A stretch of DNA of 50,659 nt from IMG/VR virus record IMGVR_UViG_3300020144_000015, positions 1 to 50,659 of that record; one strand, 5' to 3'. Below are positions 34,041-43,678 of this stretch, in pieces (within the stretch, counting starts at the first letter, position 1; every line of letters starts with the position of its first letter). Both the position numbers and the translations under genes were made by a program. The DNA is from a virus. Its lineage: Duplodnaviria; Caudoviricetes. Under the pieces are notes generated by a model, which saw only the letters and a list, made by a program, of their open reading frames with translations, did not search any database and was not told the DNA's origin.

Positions 34041-36444
34041 GCGGGTGGTGAAGCTGGTGATCCGTGGCGAAGGCCTGGAAATGCTGGGCCGCATCGAGCA
34101 GGGCATGGCGCGCACCGGCCAGGCCGCCGACGAGGCAACCGGCGGCATGGCGCGATTCGACGCCATCATGCAAAAGCAGCGGGCGGCGCAGGAAAAGGGG
34201 CTGGCGCTGATGACCGAGACCATTGCCCGGAAAAGCCAAGAGCGGTTGGCCTATGAGCGGACGGCCAGCAGCATCAGCAAGGATTTTGCCCTGCGCATCC
34301 GCCTGGAACGGGAGGCGGAGCGCTCGGCGGTGACGCTGAGCAATGCGGTATCGCGCGGCATCGTGTCGGAAAAAGACGCAAGGGCGCTGCTCATGGTGCA
34401 GCAGGAGAAGCATTTGCAAATGCTCACGCGTGCCACGGCGCAGGAGCATGGCATGGCCGAGGCGCTGGACAGGACGGCCGCAGCGGCGGGCCGCGCCACG
34501 CTTTCGGTGCGCCAGCTCAACGCCGCCAACGAAAATCGCCGCGTCGGGAGCAATCCGCAATTCAGCACCGCCAATATCGCGGCGCAGATGTTCGACGTCG
34601 GCGTGACGGCCCCCTTCATGCCGGCCTGGCAGGTGGGCTTGCAGCAGGGCTCGCAACTCGCCCAGGCCTTTGCTGGGCAATCGCTGCGGCAGAGCATCAT
34701 GGGCGTCGGGTCAGCGCTGGTCTCGCTGGTCAATCCGGTGTCACTGCTGACCATCGGCTTCACCACGCTGACGGCGCTGGGCATCCAGGCGTTCATGAAC
34801 CTGTCCAATGCCAATGACGACGCGGTGGGCCGGCTCGAAGCGCATAGGGAGGAGCTGGATCGGCTGCTCGACGGATATGCGGCGGCCCGGGAGGCGGCCG
34901 ATGCGGTGCTCAGCCAGCAAACCAGCCTGCCGGAAGCGTCGCTGATGTCTGATCTGACGGTATTTCGAGACGATGCGCTGCGACGTTACGAGGGTGATCT
35001 CGAACGTGTGCGGCAGGTGCAGGCAGATTGGAAAAGCGTAACTATCGATCTGATGCCGCAAGCCTATGGCGATCCAGTCCTCATCAGTCAAATGCAGCGG
35101 GTCTTCGATATCGTCGATGAAGCCGGGCTGTCCTCGCGCACTACGGCGGCGGAATTCGACATGCTGCACACCACGCTGACGCTTATCAAGAACAGCGGGG
35201 CCGATGACAATGTCGTCGCTATCGCCGATGCGCTGCTCATGGTGGTCAACCAGGCGCGCGAGGGCAAGGCCATGGTGGACAGCCTTGGCGCATCGCTCGA
35301 CGCCTTGCCCAGCAGCGTGACCACCAAGATCAGCATCCAGATGGAGGGCTACAACAGCGCCATCAAGTCGCTGGATGATCTGATGCCGGATTTCCGCAGC
35401 TCTTTCGACCGCGCTCGCGCCGATGCCCAGGCGGCGCTCGACAAGGCCAGAAAGGACGCCACGGATCGCATTCTGGTCGTTGCGGCTGAGCGGAAATTTT
35501 CCGATGTGATGGCGGGTATCGCCCGGCAGGAAGCGGAAGCGAATGCAAAATCGGGCGCGCGTGCAGCGCGGGACGCCCAGCAGCCCTATGACCAGTGGGG
35601 TACTTCTTTGGAAAACATGCAGCAGCGTATTGCCAGCCAGAGGCTGGAGCGCGAGCTGCTGGGGCAATCGACCTATGAGATCGAGCGGCAGAAGGCCGCG
35701 TTCGATCTGCTCAACCAGGCCAAACAGGCCGGCATTCCGATCACCTCGGAAGTGACCGGCCAGATCAGCCAGCTCTCGGCCGAATATGCGCGCGAAACCA
35801 CGGCGCTGGAAAAGGCCGCCGAAGCGCGCCGCAAGGCAGACGAACAACTGAGTTTCTACAAATCGACGGTCAGCGGGTTCGTTCTCGGGCTGGCAGCCAG
35901 CCTGCGCACCGGCGAGGATTTCTGGGAGAGTTTTGCCAATGCCGGTGTCAACGCCCTCGACCGCATCGCCGATCGGGCGCTGTCCATGGCGGTCGACGGC
36001 ATCTGGGACATGATCTTCGGCGCCTTTACCGGTGGGGTTGGAGGCGGCCTCGGCGGCGGGTGGGGTGTTGCTGGCAGCTTTGGGCGCCCGGGCATCTTCG
36101 GCCTGCCGTCGTTCGCCGGCGGCGGTGATACCGGCTATGGCGCGCGCACGGGTGGGCTGGACGGGCAGGGCGGGTTCCTGGCCCTTCTGCACCCGCAAGA
36201 GACGGTCAGCGATCACTATGGTCGATCCTATGCGCCGCCTGCAGCAAACCAGAACCAGAGCAACGACAATGCTCCGCGCAACATCAATATCAACGTCACG
36301 GTGAGCGGCGCCCGCGGTAACGCCGAGGTGCGCCAGATGGTAGCCGAGGGCGTGGAAACCGGGCTGAAGGCCTACGATAGCAGGCTTGGAGACAGCTTTG
36401 CCGACAAGCGGCGGCGGGCGGCTCCTGGAGCCTTGGGGTTATAG
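34027..36444 (+). CDS. Tape measure protein
   Basis: 805 aa, Ala-rich helical; NIAAQMFDV...QQGSQL lambda-type TMP motif. Confidence 0.9.
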   Translation: MSTTERVVKLVIRGEGLEMLGRIEQGMARTGQAADEATGGMARFDAIMQKQRAAQEKGLALMTETIARKSQERLAYERTASSISKDFALRIRLEREAERSAVTLSNAVSRGIVSEKDARALLMVQQEKHLQMLTRATAQEHGMAEALDRTAAAAGRATLSVRQLNAANENRRVGSNPQFSTANIAAQMFDVGVTAPFMPAWQVGLQQGSQLAQAFAGQSLRQSIMGVGSALVSLVNPVSLLTIGFTTLTALGIQAFMNLSNANDDAVGRLEAHREELDRLLDGYAAAREAADAVLSQQTSLPEASLMSDLTVFRDDALRRYEGDLERVRQVQADWKSVTIDLMPQAYGDPVLISQMQRVFDIVDEAGLSSRTTAAEFDMLHTTLTLIKNSGADDNVVAIADALLMVVNQAREGKAMVDSLGASLDALPSSVTTKISIQMEGYNSAIKSLDDLMPDFRSSFDRARADAQAALDKARKDATDRILVVAAERKFSDVMAGIARQEAEANAKSGARAARDAQQPYDQWGTSLENMQQRIASQRLERELLGQSTYEIERQKAAFDLLNQAKQAGIPITSEVTGQISQLSAEYARETTALEKAAEARRKADEQLSFYKSTVSGFVLGLAASLRTGEDFWESFANAGVNALDRIADRALSMAVDGIWDMIFGAFTGGVGGGLGGGWGVAGSFGRPGIFGLPSFAGGGDTGYGARTGGLDGQGGFLALLHPQETVSDHYGRSYAPPAANQNQSNDNAPRNININVTVSGARGNAEVRQMVAEGVETGLKAYDSRLGDSFADKRRRAAPGALGL

Positions 36445-36447
36445 TTC

Positions 36448-37074
36448 ATGCCCGAAAACATGCCGGCCTATGCCTTCACCGATCTGGACGTAACGCCAGC
36501 GTTGGGGACTGCCTTTGCGCGTTCGCAAGGCGGGCTCGTCGTCACGTCTCGCAACAGCGATCCCTATTGGCGCGGCACAATGACCACACAATTGCTCGAC
36601 GTGTTCGGGGCGGACAACCAGCACGCAGATTTTCTTGCGTGGCTGATCCGGTGCTGCGATCTCAATATGCGAGTGGATTTCGTTCACCCCCGTCACACAC
36701 TCCCTCGATCCTACCGCTCTGGTGGATGGCCGATGATTGGGGACGGAACGCTTCTGGACGCCCCTGACCTCCGCACCCTGACCGTGGCCGATATTCCCTC
36801 TGGGGTGCAATTGCGTCGGGGCGACCGGCTAGCGGTCTATCAGGGCGATATCGTGGTGCATCGCTGGGTGGCGGTCGACACATTGGTCTCCAGTGCGATC
36901 AGCCAGGCCGTCCCGGTTACGCCGCGCCTGCCAATCGGCGTCCTGGCACCGGGCGCCATCGTTGCGCTCAAGGAGCCGAAAATGCGCTTCATGATCGTAC
37001 CGGGAAGCTGGGATGCCGCAGAAGTAGCTAATCCGTCCTCCATCAGCTTCGAGGTCATGGAGGCTCTGCGGTGA
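36448..37074 (+). CDS. Distal tail protein (putative)
   Basis: Position after TMP; 208 aa. Confidence 0.65.
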   Translation: MPENMPAYAFTDLDVTPALGTAFARSQGGLVVTSRNSDPYWRGTMTTQLLDVFGADNQHADFLAWLIRCCDLNMRVDFVHPRHTLPRSYRSGGWPMIGDGTLLDAPDLRTLTVADIPSGVQLRRGDRLAVYQGDIVVHRWVAVDTLVSSAISQAVPVTPRLPIGVLAPGAIVALKEPKMRFMIVPGSWDAAEVANPSSISFEVMEALR

Positions 37075-37802
37075 AGCCCTTCTCGCCCGAGCTGCTGGAC
37101 GACCTGGCTGCGGGTCTGGTCGAATATCGGGATGCTGTCGAGCTGGTGCTGGACAGTGGCGTGGTGCGCATGGTGATCGGCATGCGCGGCGCCTTCGTCT
37201 GGGACGATATCGAGGGGTTGCTGCCGCCCTGGCAGGTCGGTCCCGACCCGCTCGGGGATGTCTGGAGCGACGCCGGCTATTGGCGGAACGATGTTCCCTG
37301 GCGCGCCGAGCCTTATCCCGACCCTGTGTTTTATGGTGGCGGCGCCCTGGTCGGCCTCGAATTGCCCGAGAGCACCCTTGGGCCGGAAAGCCGCGCCATC
37401 GTCGTGCGGGTGCTGGAAACCTATCTGGAAGAGGGCTCCGACATTCCGGTGAACGTCTTTGACGATGGCGTCCGGGCGACAATTGATGAAGAGCCCTGGC
37501 AGGGGCGCTTGGCCGTGGCCTCGGTCTTCTGGATCGGCTCGGGCGGGCTGCCCGTCTATCGGGAACAGGTGGCTATTCGGGAATTGGACAGCATGCCCCT
37601 GGAATGGGATGCCGATGGCAATCCGGTGCGGGTGCTGATGCTCGAGGAGCCCGACATCACGCAGCGCGACATCGAGGGCAAAACCGCCAATGCAGCCTTC
37701 CAGGCACTGATCGATCCGGACGACCGAGCCTTCGAGCATGTCGGCACGACGGTGCGCCAGATGCAGAAGATCAATTGGGGTCGGGTGGAGGGCGCTGCGT
37801 GA
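37071..37802 (+). CDS. Tail tip/hub protein (putative)
   Basis: EPWQGR...; Q..IDP.D..FE.V...INWG C-terminus; position. Confidence 0.6.
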   Translation: MKPFSPELLDDLAAGLVEYRDAVELVLDSGVVRMVIGMRGAFVWDDIEGLLPPWQVGPDPLGDVWSDAGYWRNDVPWRAEPYPDPVFYGGGALVGLELPESTLGPESRAIVVRVLETYLEEGSDIPVNVFDDGVRATIDEEPWQGRLAVASVFWIGSGGLPVYREQVAIRELDSMPLEWDADGNPVRVLMLEEPDITQRDIEGKTANAAFQALIDPDDRAFEHVGTTVRQMQKINWGRVEGAA

Positions 37803-38896
37803 TGGGTATTGGAGCAATCGAGAATGGCGGGCCGTGGTGGGGCAAGGTCGAGGCGGCTGTGGACTATTGGTTCGGTCCCGGGGCCTCGGCCGGCTTCGAG
37901 ACCAATGGCGACGCCCTCGCCCGCCTCAACACGATGGCGGATGCGCTTGCGGTGCCGCGCCTCTCGAACCTGGAAAGCCGCCTCTCCTGCCGAGGCAAGA
38001 TCAATGCGATCATCGCCGCGCTCGGCATCCCTGCGGAAGCTGCCTTTTATTTCGATTTCCGCGAGGGGCGCAGTTTTGGCGCGCTGCCGCAACTTGTGCG
38101 CCATACGAAGACATGGGCGCGGGACGCGACGGGCGAGATCCATGAATTCGAGATCGACCAGCTCGCGCGTTTTAATGGGCTGGGCGCTGTGCTGGCGCCG
38201 GCACGGACGCGGTTGTCGCTGGCGCCCGGCAGGGTCGGAGCGTCGCCGTGGAATTCTTCGGGTTCGATTGCATTCACAGAACTCGATCCAGAAGGGTTTT
38301 TCATTCCTTGCCGGATCGAGAGCGGCGGTGCGGCAACGGATCGCCGCCAGTCGGGATTGTTCTCGATGACGGTCAATGCTCCGGTTTCCGTTCTTGCGCG
38401 GTATCGCGCCGGCACCTCGCCGACAACGCGGATTTATGTTCGGTCGGGGGCTCTGGCGATGCAGAGCCTGTTGTCGGGCAATGTTGGGGCTCTCGCACAA
38501 ACTCAATCGCAGGCCGGCTTTTTTTCCAACATCCAGAACCGCCATCTTGGCGATGGCCTCTATGAAGTTGCCGCAACGTTTACCCCTGTCGCCACGCAGT
38601 CGGACTGGCGTCTCAGTATAGGGCCGGGCAGCACCGTCGCGGGTGAATATGTCGACGCGCTGGGCGCGCAGGTCACCAGCGGTCCCGCAGAATGGGTGTT
38701 TGGAGAGCCATCCGCCCAGGTGGCCGTCGCCGCCGACCAGATCTTCGTAGAAGGCCTGGCCGGCAATCATGCTCTCCATATTCTGCTCGCGGACGACATG
38801 GAGATTGCCGTGCTCGGCTGGAATGCGGCTGACCCGGTCCCGCTGGCCGGAATCGATGGGCGGCCGGTCAGATCGATTACGGGCGTTGCATCATGA
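37802..38896 (+). CDS. Putative spike/fibre-like structural protein
   Basis: Beta-rich, 364 aa, TGATG-coupled within the tail-tip cluster. Confidence 0.55.
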   Translation: MGIGAIENGGPWWGKVEAAVDYWFGPGASAGFETNGDALARLNTMADALAVPRLSNLESRLSCRGKINAIIAALGIPAEAAFYFDFREGRSFGALPQLVRHTKTWARDATGEIHEFEIDQLARFNGLGAVLAPARTRLSLAPGRVGASPWNSSGSIAFTELDPEGFFIPCRIESGGAATDRRQSGLFSMTVNAPVSVLARYRAGTSPTTRIYVRSGALAMQSLLSGNVGALAQTQSQAGFFSNIQNRHLGDGLYEVAATFTPVATQSDWRLSIGPGSTVAGEYVDALGAQVTSGPAEWVFGEPSAQVAVAADQIFVEGLAGNHALHILLADDMEIAVLGWNAADPVPLAGIDGRPVRSITGVAS

Positions 38897-39195
38897 TCGA
38901 TATCTATCTGCGCGCCGACACAGCCGAGGCCTTGCGCGCGGCCTGCCCCTGGCTCTGGGATGAAGCGGCCGCCGAATGGATCGGTGACGCGCCCGCCTTT
39001 TCGCTTTCCGTCATCGGGCCGATCCCGCCTATTTTTGATGAGGGTGAGGACGACGCTCCGGGCGATATGCTCAGGGCAGGTGATCCCGCATTCCACGCCA
39101 ACCTTCGGGTGGTCGATATGGGGTTAGTCGGGCTGGTGCCGGTGGACATCATCATTGCGCCAGAGCCGGAGAGCCCGCTGAGGGCCTGGGCTTAA
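38893..39195 (+). CDS. Hypothetical protein (possible fibre chaperone)
   Basis: MIDIYLRA...FHANLR...P.SPLRAWA. Confidence 0.65.
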   Translation: MIDIYLRADTAEALRAACPWLWDEAAAEWIGDAPAFSLSVIGPIPPIFDEGEDDAPGDMLRAGDPAFHANLRVVDMGLVGLVPVDIIIAPEPESPLRAWA

Positions 39196-39208
39196 TCAGG
39201 GAAACTCA

Positions 39209-39658
39209 ATGACCCGAACACTACCGAACATTCCGGCGCGCAAGCCCGGGTGGGAGCGAAGCTTTGTGGCCATCATGGCGCGGCACGTCGCCACGCCGTT
39301 TGCCTGGACCCCAGAGGCGCATTGCCTGGCGGCTCCGGCCGAGCTGTGCCTGGCGATGACGGGCGTTGATCCGATGAAGGGTTTCCGGCGCCATCGCAGC
39401 GAGGCGGGCGCCCTGCTGGCCATGAGGCGTGCGGGCTTCGAGACTGTGGAAGATGCCTTGGCGGCGGTCTTCCCGGAAATCCCCAAGCTGCTCGCCCGCC
39501 GTGGCGATTGCGGGGTGCTGGCGCAGGATGTCGAGGGCCGTCCCTGGCTGACCAGCTTCGTGGTCATGGGCGCCATGGCTGTGGGGAAAAGCGCGCGCGG
39601 GCCGATCTATGTGCCCACGGCCACGCTGAAGCGCGCCTTTGCCATTGGAGCCTATTGA
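39209..39658 (+). CDS. Tail-tip NlpC/P60-like protein
   Basis: PFAW....C......AMTG.DP...ARRGD. Confidence 0.7.
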   Translation: MTRTLPNIPARKPGWERSFVAIMARHVATPFAWTPEAHCLAAPAELCLAMTGVDPMKGFRRHRSEAGALLAMRRAGFETVEDALAAVFPEIPKLLARRGDCGVLAQDVEGRPWLTSFVVMGAMAVGKSARGPIYVPTATLKRAFAIGAY

Positions 39659-42120
39659 TGCCCCAGGTCGCCCCGATCCTCGGTAATATTGCGCTGAACC
39701 TGGTTATCGGTGTCGGCGCCTCGCTGCTATCGAGCCTGATCCGGCCCAAGCGCCAGTCCACCCAGCAGGTGACATCGTCGAGGGGGCTGACCTTCGAGCT
39801 CGAGGTGGGCGAAGGCGTCGCTGTTTCGGGGGTGTTCGGTCTCGGCCGGGCAGCGGGGCAACTGCTCTACGTCAACGAATACGGGCCGGACAACGAATAT
39901 ATCCAATTCACCATCAAGGTCGGCCATGGCTGGCATGACGGGCTCGAGCATTTTCTTGTCGATGAGCAGCCGCGCAGCCTCTCCGGCTCCAACGCCGATC
40001 CTTTCGGCCGCACGGTCGATGACTATGTCGTCGGCGGCTCGCCCTATCTCTGGGTGAAATATTACACGGGCGCGCCCGGCCAGTCCGCCGACCCGCAGCT
40101 TGTGGCGCTGTCCAACCCGGCGGGGCGCTGGACGGCCGCGCATCGCATGACCGGCTGCGCCTACATGATCGTCACCGCCCGGTACAATGCCGACCTCTTC
40201 GGCAATTCGGTGCCGCGCTTCGGCTCCGTGTGGCGCGGCCTGCGGCTTTTCGACTGGCGCGTGCCCGGCGCGCTCTGGGGCGACGTCTCGACCTATGTCT
40301 TCAGCAAGAACCCGGCCGTCATCCGGTACAATTTCCGGCGCGGCATCTATGTCAATGGCGTGCGGGTTCTGGGGCAAGGCTTCTCGGCCCATGCCTGCGA
40401 TATGGCGGGCTATACCGCCGCGGCCAATCGCTGCGATGAAAGCTTTTACGATCCGGTCTCGGGCAAGACGTTCCCGATCTTCGAGTTCGGGCGCTCGATA
40501 TCCGATGACGAAGAAAAGCTCGCCGTGCTGCGCGAGCTGGATGACAGCTATTGCGGCTCCAGCTTCAAGCGGGGCGGGGCGGACGTGCCCTTGCCGGCGC
40601 AGCAGATGGTGCCGGTGCTCACGCTGAAAGATGGAGATCGCCTCTCCGGCCAGCCGATCCGCGTGGACCGAAAAGGTTCGGTCAGCCAGAAAAAGACGAT
40701 GTGGCACGGCCAGTTCATCAGCCATGACCTCGGTTGGACGGACGCGCCATTCACCCCACGCATCGATGCCGATCTGGAAAGCCTGATCGGCGGCCGGCGC
40801 GCGGCGGCGCTGGATCAGCGTTACGAGAGCTTGCAGGAGCGCGCCCAGCTCCGCGCCGAGATCGCGCTGCGCCGGCAGTTCTACCCGGCAACGCGGGTCG
40901 AGACCTTTACGCCCATCGCCCTGGTGCTGGAGCCCGGCGACCCGGTCATCCGAGATTGCGAATGGGGGCCGACGCTCATGGTGGTGGAGAAGGCCGAGCG
41001 CGCGATGCAGGATGGCAAGGTCGTCGGCGCCACGCTCACTTTCAGCGAGTGGAACAACGCTATTGTGCCGGCGAGCGGTGACAGCTTCGTGGTGCTGCCG
41101 AGCGGACCGGGCACCGGCCCCGCCGATCCCAGCCGCACGATCGCTGTTTCGGGGCTGACGGTGACCGCCTATCAGCGTGCCGGCGGCGGGGCCATCCACC
41201 CGCACGCCAAGGCGAGCTGGACGCCGATCACCGACCCGAATGTCGAACAGGTGATGATCCGCATCTGGCCCGATGGCGGCACCGAGGCCAACGACAAGCA
41301 GGATTTCTTCGCTTCGTCCCGGCTGCAATCGAACCTGGTGTTCGGCCCACTCCAGCCGCTCACCAAATATCACCGCAAGGCCATCCCGATCCGCTCCGAC
41401 GGCCGCGCCTGCGTCTGGACCAATGAAGGCGAATTCACCACGGGGCCGCAGGAGGTGCCGGCCGAGGTGGCGGATGGCTCGATCACGCCGCAAAAGCTCG
41501 GCCAGGAGCTGCGCAACGAGCGCGGTTATCTGGTCGGGCCTGGTACCGGCTCTCTGGCCGACCGGCTGGCTGAGTATGAGCAGCGCATGGCGGCGGCCGA
41601 GGCGGCGGCGTTGACCGACCAGGCCAATCTTCGGGAAAACTTCAAACTGCTGAAAGCCCAGAATGGGGCCAGCCTCGCCGCTGTCGCCGTCACCCAGCGG
41701 GCGATTGCCGAACTGAACGCGGCCTTCGCCGCCTTCCAGGTCGAGGTCATGGCCCAGCTCAATGACGTGATGGCGGGCGGCCTCATCAAGATCGAGGCCC
41801 GTATCGATCCGGAATCGGCCAGGGCGGAAATCCTGTTCAAGGCCCGCGCTGATGCCGGCGATGCCTTCCCAGCCGAGGCGGCCTTCGTGCTGGGCGCCGA
41901 GCGCGACCTTGTCGGCGGCACCGCCGATAGCTGGATCGGAATGATGGCCGACCGGATGTATTTCCTCGCCACCGACGGCGAGGTCGTCACGCAGCCGTTT
42001 GCCATCGAAGCCGGCTTTGTGCGGGTCACCGCCCTGCGCTTCGAGCACCTGGCGTCCCTCGATGGCGAAACCATCGTCATGGACGGCGCGTCTGGCGACT
42101 ACAATTTCGGAGCAAGCTGA
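39658..42120 (+). CDS. Central tail tip / host-specificity J-like protein
   Basis: 820 aa; G.RLFDWR...SKNPA, AANRCDE, LEPGD, FN3-like and coiled-coil C-terminus. Confidence 0.8.
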   Translation: MPQVAPILGNIALNLVIGVGASLLSSLIRPKRQSTQQVTSSRGLTFELEVGEGVAVSGVFGLGRAAGQLLYVNEYGPDNEYIQFTIKVGHGWHDGLEHFLVDEQPRSLSGSNADPFGRTVDDYVVGGSPYLWVKYYTGAPGQSADPQLVALSNPAGRWTAAHRMTGCAYMIVTARYNADLFGNSVPRFGSVWRGLRLFDWRVPGALWGDVSTYVFSKNPAVIRYNFRRGIYVNGVRVLGQGFSAHACDMAGYTAAANRCDESFYDPVSGKTFPIFEFGRSISDDEEKLAVLRELDDSYCGSSFKRGGADVPLPAQQMVPVLTLKDGDRLSGQPIRVDRKGSVSQKKTMWHGQFISHDLGWTDAPFTPRIDADLESLIGGRRAAALDQRYESLQERAQLRAEIALRRQFYPATRVETFTPIALVLEPGDPVIRDCEWGPTLMVVEKAERAMQDGKVVGATLTFSEWNNAIVPASGDSFVVLPSGPGTGPADPSRTIAVSGLTVTAYQRAGGGAIHPHAKASWTPITDPNVEQVMIRIWPDGGTEANDKQDFFASSRLQSNLVFGPLQPLTKYHRKAIPIRSDGRACVWTNEGEFTTGPQEVPAEVADGSITPQKLGQELRNERGYLVGPGTGSLADRLAEYEQRMAAAEAAALTDQANLRENFKLLKAQNGASLAAVAVTQRAIAELNAAFAAFQVEVMAQLNDVMAGGLIKIEARIDPESARAEILFKARADAGDAFPAEAAFVLGAERDLVGGTADSWIGMMADRMYFLATDGEVVTQPFAIEAGFVRVTALRFEHLASLDGETIVMDGASGDYNFGAS

Positions 42121-42929
42121 TGGCGGTTCATCGTGGCTTTTCCGGCGCCAATGTCGTCGCCTGCTTCGAAGAGGCGGACGGCGGCGGCTCCCTGCACGAT
42201 ATCGATGCGCCGCGCAATGCGCCGGCAAAGTCGCCGGCGGAACATCTGGACAAGATCATCTGGCATCAGCGCTGCTTTCAATACGAGCTGGCGGCAGGGC
42301 CGGTGGATGTTCCGGTCACGCATACGGCGCTCGCAACAAAGAACACCTATTATGTGGTCAGCACGGGCGGGGGCAGCATCGGGCCTTTCCCGCCCACTGA
42401 CTCCTCTATCGGCTTTTTGGTGCAGGGTGACCAGCGGACAAGCGATATCCTGCTGTTCAGCCACGGCCTGGGCTATGTGCCCAAATTCATGGTCTCGATC
42501 GATGGGCGAAGGGTGCCTGACGGGTTCATCGTGCAGCAGGACAGCCGGGGCGGGCACCGGCGCATTTCCGTGTTCGCAACGGCGGGCGGCATCTATCTGC
42601 GGGAATCGGCGGTCTCCACCGATATCGACCTGGCGACGGTCGCCAGGACCTATCGCGTCATGGTCTTTGCGACCCGCCCGCCGTCGCCCAGCCTGCCCAT
42701 GTGGAGCGGGCAGGACGACGACATGCAGCTGGCTCGGGGCATCATCGACACCAAGCGCCACTATCTGCGGCGCACGGGGGCCGGTGAGACGCCCTTTGCC
42801 CTTAACCTTGGGCCGACCATCGACATCAGGAATGGTGGGGCGCGCTCGGCCAGCGGGGGCGTAGTGACCAGCGAGCCTCGATACAACGGCGCCATGCCGG
42901 CGCCTTCTTTCGTATCGGTGGGCATCTGA
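42120..42929 (+). CDS. Minor tail protein
   Basis: TGATG-coupled; HGLGYVP motif. Confidence 0.65.
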   Translation: MAVHRGFSGANVVACFEEADGGGSLHDIDAPRNAPAKSPAEHLDKIIWHQRCFQYELAAGPVDVPVTHTALATKNTYYVVSTGGGSIGPFPPTDSSIGFLVQGDQRTSDILLFSHGLGYVPKFMVSIDGRRVPDGFIVQQDSRGGHRRISVFATAGGIYLRESAVSTDIDLATVARTYRVMVFATRPPSPSLPMWSGQDDDMQLARGIIDTKRHYLRRTGAGETPFALNLGPTIDIRNGGARSASGGVVTSEPRYNGAMPAPSFVSVGI

Positions 42930-43669
42930 TGGGCCGGGTAAGTGGAAGCAATGGCGCGATCACCCACACTCAGGGGGACCACGTGGTCTGGGCCAATACG
43001 CGCCGGCCGGCGCTCCTGCTGCCCGAAGCAGCGGTGACGCTGACCAATTTCGACATCACCTTTCCCGATTTCACGAAGTCGAACGCCTATGGTTTCACCT
43101 TTGCGACGGTCAGCGGCTTTGATTATTCGGCCTGCGTGTCCTGGGTCAGCATCGATCCGCAGGAGTGGGATAGCGGGTTGAGCTTCGTGTGCGACCTTCC
43201 CGCGATGGCCAATTACTTTGAGATCGAGATGGTCATATCGCGGATCGTCGCGCCTTCCCCGGTCATGCCCCTATCTGAAATTCCAGCCCTCTTGGGCAGC
43301 GGCAAGCACATGCCCGACGGCAATTCGGCTCTGATCGAGGGGATTGGGCCAATCGTTCGCATGTTCGCTTTCGAGCGCGTGGGCAACGCTGTCTATCTGC
43401 GCCGCAAGCAGTCCGTGGCCAATGAGGGCCAGCGCGTGCCCTGGAATTCCGGCAACAACAACAGCACCGGCTCGGGCGGCTACCGCTCTGGCTTCACCTA
43501 TGGCGGCAATCCCAGCGCATGGCCCGCCTATCAGATCGACCAGCGCACCGGCGGGCATATCGACAAGAGGCGCGGCGGCCCCAATGCCTGCTCGCTCTCC
43601 GACCCGACCAACTACGCATCTTTGTGGCGTGGGACCGTGACGGTCACACCCGGATACATCAAGATTTAG
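42929..43669 (+). CDS. Minor tail protein
   Basis: TGATG-coupled; 246 aa. Confidence 0.6.
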   Translation: MGRVSGSNGAITHTQGDHVVWANTRRPALLLPEAAVTLTNFDITFPDFTKSNAYGFTFATVSGFDYSACVSWVSIDPQEWDSGLSFVCDLPAMANYFEIEMVISRIVAPSPVMPLSEIPALLGSGKHMPDGNSALIEGIGPIVRMFAFERVGNAVYLRRKQSVANEGQRVPWNSGNNNSTGSGGYRSGFTYGGNPSAWPAYQIDQRTGGHIDKRRGGPNACSLSDPTNYASLWRGTVTVTPGYIKI

Positions 43670-43678
43670 GAGCGACAG

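Noticed and set aside
39727-42228. 833-aa minus-strand ORF, and similar long antisense ORFs (5236-6624, 24285-25757, 34741-36216)
   Set aside because: Codon shadows of GC-rich genes on the + strand; no RBS, motifs or coupling
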